Shown here: positions 17,165-25,816 of the stretch, in pieces
How the letters are laid out: each line of letters starts with the position of its first letter
Position numbering within the stretch: the stretch's first letter is position 1
NCBI GenBank assembly: GCA_043801885.1
Contig: JAZDLP010000167.1
Span: 1-47,338 of the forward strand
Origin: Planctomycetota bacterium
GTDB taxonomy: Bacteria; Planctomycetota; SZUA-567; H5-PLA8
Direction of reading: 5' to 3'
Length of the DNA stretch: 47,338 nt
Position numbers and translations under genes: made by a program
Notes under the pieces: generated by a model
Databases searched by the model: none
What the model was told of the DNA's origin: nothing
What the model saw: the letters and a program-made list of their open reading frames with translations, nothing else

Positions 17165-18871
17165 CTAAACCCCTGCACTCATTAATCGTTTGAGCCAGCA
17201 GGCAGCCAGTAGTCCAATCATGAACAAAAGGATTCCCATCTCTCCCACCTCCATACTCAAAGTGCGCACTTCGGTTGCGCCGGCATCAATGCGAACCAAA
17301 CTCGTCATCGCGACACCCTCCGTCTCCGGTGGAATCAGCAGCCGTACATTGCCCAGCGGATCAACCGCGACGGTATGACCGGTATTGGTCACGCGCAACA
17401 GCGGTCGGCGCGTTTCAATCGCTCGCCAAGCCGCCGCCTGCAGATGCGCTCGCGGCCCGAAACTGCCGTAAAACCAGCCGTCGTTAGTCAGATTCACCAG
17501 CGTATCGGCGCCGGCTTTAGCCGCTTCGCGCGCCAAATCCGGATGAATGTCCTCGATGCAAATATTGATCGCCATCCGATAGCCACCAACAGTCACTACC
17601 GGCGAAACATCTTTGCCGGGTTCGTACTGATCGCGTGTGACTGAGCGGAGAACTTTCAGAAACGGAAATGCCGTCGTGAACGGAATGTACTCTCCAAAAG
17701 GCACCAGCCGCCGTTTGGCATAGCGCCCGATCTCGTGTCCATCGGCGTCCAGAATATATGCGGCGTTGTAAGCTCGCGCAATGATCTCGTCGGAGGCCTG
17801 ATATTCCGAGCCGGTCAGCGTCGGAACGCCACACGTCTTGACCTGTTTTTTGAACGCCTCGCCCCATTCGTCCTCGTTCAAAGCGCCCGGCGCCATAGTT
17901 TCGGCCCAACAGATCAAGACCGGCATGAGATCCACGCTCTTAATGTCGGAGACAATCTGACGGTGCAGTTCCAGATGCCGATCCAATTGCGCCTTCAGCT
18001 CATTGTTGCTGCGGTCCAATTTCTGAGCGACATTGCCCTGAATCAAAGCGATCTGCGGCCCGGCATATAGCCGCGGACTAATCTGCGCCACTCGCATCTG
18101 CCCATAAAGCAGATCGCCCAGCAGTAGCGCCGCTACCAAAGCGCCAGCCACCAAAGCGCTCTTTTGGGGTAACCGTTCACCACAGAGCCACAGAGACTTA
18201 ACAACATGTGGGCAAAAAATAAAATCATCTGTGTCTCTCTGTGTTCTCTGTGGCAAAATAGCCTGAACGGTTACCTTTTTTGAAAAATAAGTACGAGTAG
18301 TTCCTGCGACGCGCCATTGCTCGATCAGCCCCGCTGGTAGCGCAAACGCAATGGCCGCATTCACCGCCACGATTAGAAAACTCAACCCATATACGCCCAT
18401 CAAATCAGCGCCCTGGCGCAGGTACTCGTGGCCCAGCAGCGCATGGCCCAACAACAACCAGGGGAAGCCAAAGACGGGCAAAATCGAACGGATTATTTCG
18501 AGACTGACCCACAACGCCGCCGAACCAACGACCGCCGCCAGTATGCTCCAGCGCGCGATCATGCGCACACTCATCAGCGCCGCGACATAGAAGAGCGTCG
18601 TATACAAACACATCGCGATCATTCCGATCACCGTCACCGGCCAGATGAAACTAAACGACGCGCTCGTCCAACTCAGAGCGAAGATCGCCGCCACCGCCAC
18701 GGCCTGACCAGGCCGCGCAGTTCGCGCCACCAGCCAGAACACCGGCGCCAGAGAAAACCAAACGAACGCTGAGCCGTCGTAGATAGTAAATGGCAGCGCC
18801 AGCAAGCACCCGCACACTCCAGCGATCAATAAAGACAGCCATGCGCTCGACATATTCTTGAATTTATGCAA
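17165..18871 (-). CDS. lnt: apolipoprotein N-acyltransferase carrying an in-frame 40-codon repeat insertion
   Basis: N-terminal multi-TM domain plus a CN-hydrolase domain with WAETM (Glu), KRRLVPFGEYIP (Lys) and INICIED (Cys) triad contexts. The ORF is continuous across the repeat. Confidence 0.85.
   Translation of the reverse strand: MHKFKNMSSAWLSLLIAGVCGCLLALPFTIYDGSAFVWFSLAPVFWLVARTARPGQAVAVAAIFALSWTSASFSFIWPVTVIGMIAMCLYTTLFYVAALMSVRMIARWSILAAVVGSAALWVSLEIIRSILPVFGFPWLLLGHALLGHEYLRQGADLMGVYGLSFLIVAVNAAIAFALPAGLIEQWRVAGTTRTYFSKKVTVQAILPQRTQRDTDDFIFCPHVVKSLWLCGERLPQKSALVAGALVAALLLGDLLYGQMRVAQISPRLYAGPQIALIQGNVAQKLDRSNNELKAQLDRHLELHRQIVSDIKSVDLMPVLICWAETMAPGALNEDEWGEAFKKQVKTCGVPTLTGSEYQASDEIIARAYNAAYILDADGHEIGRYAKRRLVPFGEYIPFTTAFPFLKVLRSVTRDQYEPGKDVSPVVTVGGYRMAINICIEDIHPDLAREAAKAGADTLVNLTNDGWFYGSFGPRAHLQAAAWRAIETRRPLLRVTNTGHTVAVDPLGNVRLLIPPETEGVAMTSLVRIDAGATEVRTLSMEVGEMGILLFMIGLLAACWLKRLMSAGV
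18162..18281. mobile_element. MITE-like hairpin element (copy E) inside the lnt ORF
   Basis: TTTTGGGGTAACCGTTCACCACAGAGCCACAGAGA...TCTGTGTCTCTCTGTGTTCTCTGTGG...CTGAACGGTTACCTTTTTT. About 120 bp, translated as KKVTVQAILPQRTQRDTDDFIFCPHVVKSLWLCGERLPQKS. Confidence 0.85.
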
Positions 18872-19014
18872 TCGGTCAGTTCCATCAAGTCATTCAAAAA
18901 AAATCCACAGATAATCCACAGATGAACACAGCGCCTTCTTTGTAATTGAGGACGATGCGTTTGATACCGGACTTGTCCAAATCGTTTTATAAACTTCGAT
19001 CACCGCCAAAATTA

Positions 19015-19287
19015 TCTTTTTTGGTAACCGTTCACCACGAAGGCACAAAGACACAAAGATGAATAGATTTGAAAAGTAGTTATTGAGTCTAGTTTATCTA
19101 AAGTTAAGTGCGTTATAAGTAGCACAAATCTACATTATAAACACTGGACTCAATAAGTAAATTTTAGCCATCCTGTCTCTTGATCCGATGACTGAGTCTG
19201 CGACCTGTTTTGTTATTTCTTTTATGCTGTTTTCCGCTGCGTCCTCTGCGTCCGCTGCGCCTCCGCGGTGAACACTTACGATTTTTT
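19015..19287. mobile_element. long composite MITE-like element (copy F) with a nested TTATTGAGTC palindromic element
   Basis: Left end TTTTTTGGTAACCGTTCACCACGAAGGCAC. Nested palindrome at 19079-19158. Right end GCGCCTCCGCGGTGAACACTTACGATTTTTTT. Confidence 0.8.
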
Positions 19288-19347
19288 TAGAAAGACGAGG
19301 CGGATTTTAGCCGATACAAAGAAACAGATGTTTTTAAGGGAGGAATT

Positions 19348-20298
19348 ATGAATTCAAGTATAGTGATTTCAAAGTTTGTCACCAAAGACGAAATTTGCCG
19401 TCAAAAGCGATCTTTTTTTCTTCAATTCGCAATCCAAAATCCAAAATCCATAATTCTTTTATATGCCTTATGCATATTCGCGTTTTTTCTGGCAGGCTGC
19501 GGCAAGCAACGACACAGCGCGAATGTTCCAAATGTTGAGTTACGCAACACCGATAACATTCGTTCGAGCGCCACCGCGCCGTTGAATCCGCCCGCTTCAT
19601 CCCCATCCCGTCTGCGCGGACCTCGCTCGCAAGCGGAGATCGAGAATCTATATCATACCACTACTATGCCGACAACGATCACCACGTGCGTCAGTCAGCC
19701 TTGCGTTTATCAGGAACCGCTGAACAATGGACTGGTAACAGCCGAGCCGTCCTGGGACGTAAATGTCACGCGCGAATGGTACCACATCGTCGTTCATCAT
19801 TCGGCTACATCTACCGGATGTATCGCGTCATTCGACAAAGCTCACCGCGAACGCGGCTGGGACGGGCTGGGCTACCACTTCGTCATCGGAAATGGGATGG
19901 GGGCAGGCGACGGAGAAGTAGAGGTTGGCTATCGCTGGACGCGCCAGCAGACTGGCGCTCACGCCGGCAACAACGAATATAACCAGCATGGAATCGGCAT
20001 TTGTCTGGTAGGCAATTTTGAGAATGACGCGCTGCCCTCGCCGCGTCAGATAGCTAGTCTTAAACGATTGGTTCGCTTTCTGCAGGTCAAAACCGGCATA
20101 CCAACGTCGGAAGTCATTGGACACTGCAACGTTCCCGGCAAAAAAACACTCTGCCCCGGCAATCTGGATATGAGCAGTTTTCGTAGTTCGCTGGGCACCG
20201 GAGCGATTGGAGTGCCGATTCTGTTTACAGCACGTCAAAATAAAATCGCGCCAAGTACGCCACGCACCGTAGCTCGCGGTGGCGCGGCGATGCCCTAA
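19348..20298 (+). CDS. N-acetylmuramoyl-L-alanine amidase (Amidase_2/PGRP fold) lipoprotein
   Basis: AAGGGAGGAATTATG RBS. Lipobox FFLAGC. HIVVHHSAT, GYHFVIGNG and HCNVPGKKTLCPG motifs. Confidence 0.85.
   Translation: MNSSIVISKFVTKDEICRQKRSFFLQFAIQNPKSIILLYALCIFAFFLAGCGKQRHSANVPNVELRNTDNIRSSATAPLNPPASSPSRLRGPRSQAEIENLYHTTTMPTTITTCVSQPCVYQEPLNNGLVTAEPSWDVNVTREWYHIVVHHSATSTGCIASFDKAHRERGWDGLGYHFVIGNGMGAGDGEVEVGYRWTRQQTGAHAGNNEYNQHGIGICLVGNFENDALPSPRQIASLKRLVRFLQVKTGIPTSEVIGHCNVPGKKTLCPGNLDMSSFRSSLGTGAIGVPILFTARQNKIAPSTPRTVARGGAAMP
19424..19458. repeat. heptanucleotide microsatellite (AATTCGC AATCCAA AATCCAA AATCCAT AATTCTT) inside the amidase signal-peptide region
   Basis: Direct reading. Encodes QFAIQNPKSII. 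Confidence 0.8.
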
Positions 20299-20402
20299 TC
20301 AAAAGTTTCGTAACCGTTTATTGCTTATATGTGTGTTCGCAACTATGATAAGCGATTAATAAAACCCCTTTGTAACCGTTTTGACACGACAGGAAAAGTG
20401 CA

Positions 20403-20492
20403 ATGCCTGAACTTTGTCGGTTTCTTGGTATCGTGATATACATGTTGTATGACGATCACCAGCCTCTCAACAAGATTCCGCCTTTGGAGTGA
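20403..20492 (+). pseudogene. 29-codon remnant of a DUF4160 gene
   Basis: MPELCRFLGIVIYMLYDDHQP resembles the family N-terminus. It is joined directly to LNKIPPLE, which resembles the family C-terminus. Confidence 0.45.
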
Positions 20493-20497
20493 CGCCT

Positions 20498-20695
20498 ATG
20501 TTGCATGTCAAGAGTGCTAGGCATGTCAGCGAGTACAAGATTTGGATCGAATTCAGCAATGGGGAGTCCGGGGTGGTGGATATTGAACGAGATTTATGGG
20601 GGCCGGTTTTTGAACCTTTGCGAGATTTCGATCAACCACCGACTAATTGCTTTGCCCTTAAACGGTTACAAAAATTCACGCACCGCTCGCACTAA
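20498..20695 (+). pseudogene. truncated DUF2442 gene reading into the dinG 3' end
   Basis: MLHVKSARHVSEYKIWIEFSNGESGVVDIERDLWGPVFEPLRD is family-like. The remainder is unrelated sequence overlapping the convergent dinG and a CGGTTAC repeat end. Confidence 0.45.
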
Positions 20696-23600
20696 TCCGT
20701 CCTGGCTGGTCATGGTCTCAGCCGTCGCGGGCAGCGCACGCAAAAATGCGGCGCCATACTTTTTAGTCAAGACTCGTTTGTCTGCCAGAACCACCACGCC
20801 TTTATCGGTTTTGGATCGAATCAGGCGTCCAAATCCCTGCCTTAATCTGAGAATCGCATTCGGCACGCTGAAGTGCAAGAATGGATCTTTTCCCGCCGCT
20901 TCCAACAGTTCGCACCGTCCCTGTATGATCGGATCAGTGAAGACCGCGAATGGCAGTTTGGCGATCACCAGAAGCGAGAGCGCTTCGCCTTGCACATCCA
21001 CGCCTTCCCAAAAACTGGCGGTGCCCAACAACACAGTGTTGCGGTCGGCCTTCAGCCGCGCCAGCAACGACTCGCGCGACCCGTCTATGCCTTGCGCCAA
21101 CACTTCGATACCTTCGGGCGAGAGCACATTGCGAAGCATACGCGCGCCGGCGGTCAGCGCGCTGTACGACGTATACAGCGCCATCGTTCGCCCGCGACTA
21201 ACGAGAATCAGTTCCGCCAGCAACGCGGTCAACGCTTCGGAGAAATCTCGTTCAAGTCGTGCGTTCGGTTCAGGGAGAAACGTGGGCACATACAGGCGGC
21301 ACTGCGATTGATAATCGAAGGGGCTGCCCAGCAGTAATTCATCCAATTTATCCGACGCGCACAACGACAATCCCAAGCGAGTCTTAAGGAATTCAAAACT
21401 CTTTGGATGCGGTTTGATGCTCGTAGTCCGAGCATCATGCTCGATACCTGAATCGGAAATCTCTTTTTTTGCATGAGAACGGAAATCGGGCGGAACGTTC
21501 AAACTACGTTTGGCCAAAGGCGCCAGCCCCGCAGCGGCGCCAGCGTCCACGTCCCGCACGGAAAGCGTGGCGGAGGTGAAGATGATTGAGCGCTTCTTAT
21601 CGTAAAGCTGATCGTGCAGCAGCGCGGAGACATCCAGCGGCGCGGCCGCTATGCGCGCGCCTCGCTGACCAAGCCGTTCAGACCAGTAAACGTAGTTGGG
21701 TTCTTCGCCCTTGACCACAAATTCGATATTGTTGATCAGCTCGGCAAGAAATAAATTTTGCGCTGAGATATCCTTCGCCAATTCGCGGCTATGTGGCGCT
21801 GCTCGTTTGCGAATCTCTTTGAAATCGTCCTCCAGTTTTTCCAGCGCCTGCCGCAATCGCCCTAGCGAGGAGATGATGGCTTCCTTGCCATGTCGAAAGT
21901 TCTCGACATCGTCCGGACGCAGAGTTTTGGCGGAGAAACGCTTGCGGTCGTTCCCGCTGGGCGATCCAGACTTGCGGCGATTGAACGACTGATACGAGGG
22001 CACGACATCTGAGCGCGTGCCCGGCTCGAACGTCATGCCGCTCCGACCACGTTTCAACGACACCAACCCGACGCTCGTGTCGTCCTCGCTTATCGTTGTG
22101 ATTCGATCTGTCCATCCTCGCATGATGTCGAAGAACAGGTCTGTATCGTTGTTAGCCGGCGGCACCGCTTGCAGCGCCGTCAAAATATGATCACGTATCG
22201 AACTCATCAACGACGGCGTAAATTCGTTTTGAGCCTGGTCCAGACAACTAAGCAGCGCGGGCAGAAGTCCTTTGCCGGCGGAGTTACCGGACGCGGCGCG
22301 GAAGAGCCGATTCAAAATGCGGAAAATAGCGCGCGGCGTAACTTCGCAAGCCAAGTGCTCGGTGGCGACGTCTTCCAGTTTATGCGCTTCATCGAAGACG
22401 ATCTCGTTGAACGGCGGCAGTGTGCCGGCTTCGCAGTTCAATTCGGCGAAGACCAGCGCATGATTCAGCACTACGACATCCGCGGCGCGAGCGGCGCCAC
22501 GCGCTTTGTACAGGAAGCAACGCTGGTAGAAGGGACACTGCCGCTTTAGGCAATCTTCGCCGATAGTATGCAGGCAATCCCACAGATCATAATTCTCTTC
22601 AGGCGAGAACGCCGCCATCTCGACGACATCGCCGCTGTTCGTCTGCACAGCCCAAGTCATGATGGGGAGCAACTGCGCGCGATCCTCATCGTCCAACTCG
22701 CGCGCAGATTCCTGCAACGTGTACAGGAACTTGCGCAGACAGAGATAATTGCTGCGGCCCTTCAGCAACGCGGCGGTGAACTCGACGCCCAAGTGCTGTC
22801 GCAGAAATGGCAAATCTTTGAAGAATAGTTGCGACTGTAGATTCTTAGTGTAGGTGGAGAGCATCACCGGACGCGCGGCGCGCTGAGCGAAGAGCACGGC
22901 CGGCACCAGATACGCCAGACTCTTGCCCACGCCTGTGCCTGCTTCGACCAGCAGATGCTTGCCATCCGTCAGCGCCTGGCCCACGCGCTGCGCCATTTCG
23001 AGTTGTTCAGGCCGTTCTTCATAGCTGGGCAGATTGACGGCGAGCGGACCGCCGGGACCGACCAGTCTGGCAATCTCTTCTGTCGTAATTGATTCGAGCG
23101 GCGCAATGACGGAGGCTTCCACGTGACCGGATTCTTCCAGCACCAGGCGTTCAATAATCGTCGAGAAATTTTTGAATAGTTTTTCCAGCGATAGTTTGCC
23201 TCTGCCGAAAGTGTCGGCAAACTGATTCTTGACCGCCTGAATCTCAGCCTTTTTCAGCAGTTGGCGCAGTGGATGATCGGTCTTGTTGATCAATCCGTTC
23301 ATCTCCGCCAGCAGCGGCAGCGGCAACTTCAACAAATCCTCTTCCAACCGCAACCAAAGTCGACGTATTGCTTCTGTCTCAAAGCAAGCGTTGCTTTGGA
23401 TTGCAGATTTTTTAGTCCCGCTCCGCGATCTCGTGCCGCACTGAGGTGCGGTGATCCCGTTGCTCTGAATCGCGGATTCTTGGGTACCGCTCCCCTCCCC
23501 TTCCCCAGTACTACGATAATGATCTTCAATATCGCTCAACCCGCGCCGGCTAACTGTCGGCAACACGATGGCCGCCAATTCGTCCACACCCAGCGCCGGC

Positions 23601-23941
23601 GGCAACGGCAGGCGCGGAAAGCCCACCGTTTGAGCGGCCGAACGCAGTGCCAGGCGCGTCGCCGCGCCGTTGGCTACGATGCAGGACTCGGCGCCTGCGC
23701 TGAATTCGATAAGTTCCTGAAGCGCTTCATCGGCGTCAAGAGCGCGTGTCAATTGCGCATTAGAGATGCCGGTCAGCCGCGCCTGCGACGCGGTCAAGCG
23801 TTCGACGTGGATCAGGCGTTCCAGTGTTTTGGCGTCTCGATCACGCTGCGCCCGCACACGCACCAGACGACCTTCGCCGTTGGGTTCTGTTGTGGTCAAC
23901 GCGAGGAAGACCGGCTGGCCAATCAGATGAGTAGCAGACAT
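20666..23941 (-). CDS. dinG: DinG-family ATP-dependent DNA helicase with N-terminal exonuclease-like domain
   Basis: Walker A AGTGVGKSLAY. DEAH box FDEAHKLED. Fe-S Cys cluster (CLRKF...CLHTIGEDCLKRQCPFYQRC). 1091 aa. Confidence 0.85.
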   Translation of the reverse strand: MSATHLIGQPVFLALTTTEPNGEGRLVRVRAQRDRDAKTLERLIHVERLTASQARLTGISNAQLTRALDADEALQELIEFSAGAESCIVANGAATRLALRSAAQTVGFPRLPLPPALGVDELAAIVLPTVSRRGLSDIEDHYRSTGEGEGSGTQESAIQSNGITAPQCGTRSRSGTKKSAIQSNACFETEAIRRLWLRLEEDLLKLPLPLLAEMNGLINKTDHPLRQLLKKAEIQAVKNQFADTFGRGKLSLEKLFKNFSTIIERLVLEESGHVEASVIAPLESITTEEIARLVGPGGPLAVNLPSYEERPEQLEMAQRVGQALTDGKHLLVEAGTGVGKSLAYLVPAVLFAQRAARPVMLSTYTKNLQSQLFFKDLPFLRQHLGVEFTAALLKGRSNYLCLRKFLYTLQESARELDDEDRAQLLPIMTWAVQTNSGDVVEMAAFSPEENYDLWDCLHTIGEDCLKRQCPFYQRCFLYKARGAARAADVVVLNHALVFAELNCEAGTLPPFNEIVFDEAHKLEDVATEHLACEVTPRAIFRILNRLFRAASGNSAGKGLLPALLSCLDQAQNEFTPSLMSSIRDHILTALQAVPPANNDTDLFFDIMRGWTDRITTISEDDTSVGLVSLKRGRSGMTFEPGTRSDVVPSYQSFNRRKSGSPSGNDRKRFSAKTLRPDDVENFRHGKEAIISSLGRLRQALEKLEDDFKEIRKRAAPHSRELAKDISAQNLFLAELINNIEFVVKGEEPNYVYWSERLGQRGARIAAAPLDVSALLHDQLYDKKRSIIFTSATLSVRDVDAGAAAGLAPLAKRSLNVPPDFRSHAKKEISDSGIEHDARTTSIKPHPKSFEFLKTRLGLSLCASDKLDELLLGSPFDYQSQCRLYVPTFLPEPNARLERDFSEALTALLAELILVSRGRTMALYTSYSALTAGARMLRNVLSPEGIEVLAQGIDGSRESLLARLKADRNTVLLGTASFWEGVDVQGEALSLLVIAKLPFAVFTDPIIQGRCELLEAAGKDPFLHFSVPNAILRLRQGFGRLIRSKTDKGVVVLADKRVLTKKYGAAFLRALPATAETMTSQDGLVRAVREFL

Positions 23942-24141
23942 ACGACTCTATCGTATCGCTCAACATCGTCGCTGAAAAGCATTCTTTACGCGGACGCGCT
24001 ATAAATGCAAACTGCTACGCTTACAAATAAACTAGTAATTGGCTGCCAAATTTTAGTAAAGATGGCTTTGCATCAAGGAGAATATGAGATTAGAATATAG
24101 GGAATTATTTTAAATCCGTAACCGTATATTGGAAACTGACA

Positions 24142-25754
24142 ATGCCCGATGATTTTTATGCGCTATTAAACTCTAACATCCGCCATCTCAGATACATTCT
24201 GCCTGAGGTAGTCGTGGTGGGGACGTTTTTGCTGGCGCTGATCTTTGATCTGGCCGTGTCGGCCGAGAGACGTCGCAGCACTGCGTACATCTGCATCGTC
24301 GGGCTGCTGATCGCCGCCTGGTTGACGCTCTGTAATCTTGCTCAGGAACCAAGCCTGGGTTGGATGACGGCGGATTCGCATTCCAACATTCGCTTTCTCG
24401 TCCCGATGTTAGAACGAACGATCTTCAGCGGCATGTTGATCGCGGACCACTTTAGCGCGTTCTTTAAATTGCTCCTGCTTGGCGGCACCATCATCTCTCT
24501 GATTCTGGCCGTGCATGCGCGTCAACTGCAAGGGAAGAATCATGGCGAATTCTTTTTGCTGATGGTCGCGATTTGCGCCGGCGGCATGTTTCTTGCCTCC
24601 GCTTCGCATCTGCTGATGATCTACCTGTCGCTCGAGATGCTCTCCGTGATTAGTTATGCTCTGGCGGGCTACTTGCGGCAGGATCGCAAGTCTGCCGAGG
24701 CTGGCATAAAGTATGTTTTCTACGGCGCCATGGCCTCGGGTCTGATGATCTTCGGCATGTCGTACCTTTATGGCTTGACTGGCACACTGAACCTATACGA
24801 CTATGCGCCCGATCCGCGTTATCCTATGGAACTGGCGCATGGCATTGCCACTCAAATCATCCAATTCGATCCGCTTACCGCTCACGCGCCGTGCGGCGCG
24901 CTGATTGCGACGCTGGCGCTGGTGTTCTGTGGATTTCTCTACAAAATTGCGGCTGTTCCATTTCATTATTGGTCGCCGGATGTTTACGAAGGCGCGCCCA
25001 CCACCGCCACCGGATTCTTCTCGGTGGTGCCGAAAGCCGCGGGGTTTGCCGTGTTGATCCGTATGCTCTGCAAATTCTTCCCGGTGTCGCTGCCTGGCTG
25101 CCTGTCGTACCAGAATGTCGAAGTAATAATTGCGGTGATTGCAGTATTAACCATGACGCTGGGCAATCTCGCCGCGCTGGGTCAGTCCAACGCCAAACGC
25201 ATGCTGGCTATTCGTCCATTGCTCACGCCGGCTACATGCTGGCGGGATTGTCGGTGTTGGATGACGGAGTTGGTCCGGCCGCGGTGCTGTTTTATCTGAT
25301 TGTTTATCTGGTAATGAATCTGGGCGCGTTCCTGACGCTGGTCGCGCTGGAGAATATTTACGGCGGAACCGATCTGAAACAGTTGCGTGGCGCGGTACGG
25401 CGCGAACCCATCCTGGTCGTGGCGCTCTGTATCTTTCTTTTTAGTCTCACCGGTGTGCCACCACTGGCGGGTTTCATGGGTAAGTACCTCATTATGTGGA
25501 AGCTCGCCGACAAAGGCCGTTACCTGATGATTTTCTGGATCGGCCTGAACTCAGTCATCAGTCTTTATTATTACATGAAGCTGGCCAAGGCCGTCGTGAT
25601 TGATAAACCCGAGAGCGAACTATCTTCCACAGTGCGTACGCCGATGATCTACAACACGCTGGCCGTGTTGAAGAGCGTCGCGCTGCTGCTGCTGTTCTTC
25701 TACTTCGATCCAGTGCGACAGATATGTCTCGCGGTACTGTCGCCACTGCGATAA
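24142..25754 (+). pseudogene. nuoN: NADH-quinone oxidoreductase subunit N-like antiporter subunit with a 1-nt frameshift
   Basis: ORFs 24142-25299 and 24891-25754 are two frames of one gene. ...QSNAKRMLA (frame 1) continues as YSSIAHAGYMLAGL (frame 2). One base is missing near 25208-25209. Confidence 0.8.
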
Positions 25755-25816
25755 GTGGGCGAATTGCTTTATTTTTCCGGCTCATGAGGCATCAAAAATA
25801 GCTCATCATTTCGGAT

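Noticed and set aside
20505-21311. 268-aa + strand ORF, and 23261-24004 (247 aa)
   Set aside because: Both are antisense to the DinG helicase, which has Walker A, DEAH and Fe-S motifs.
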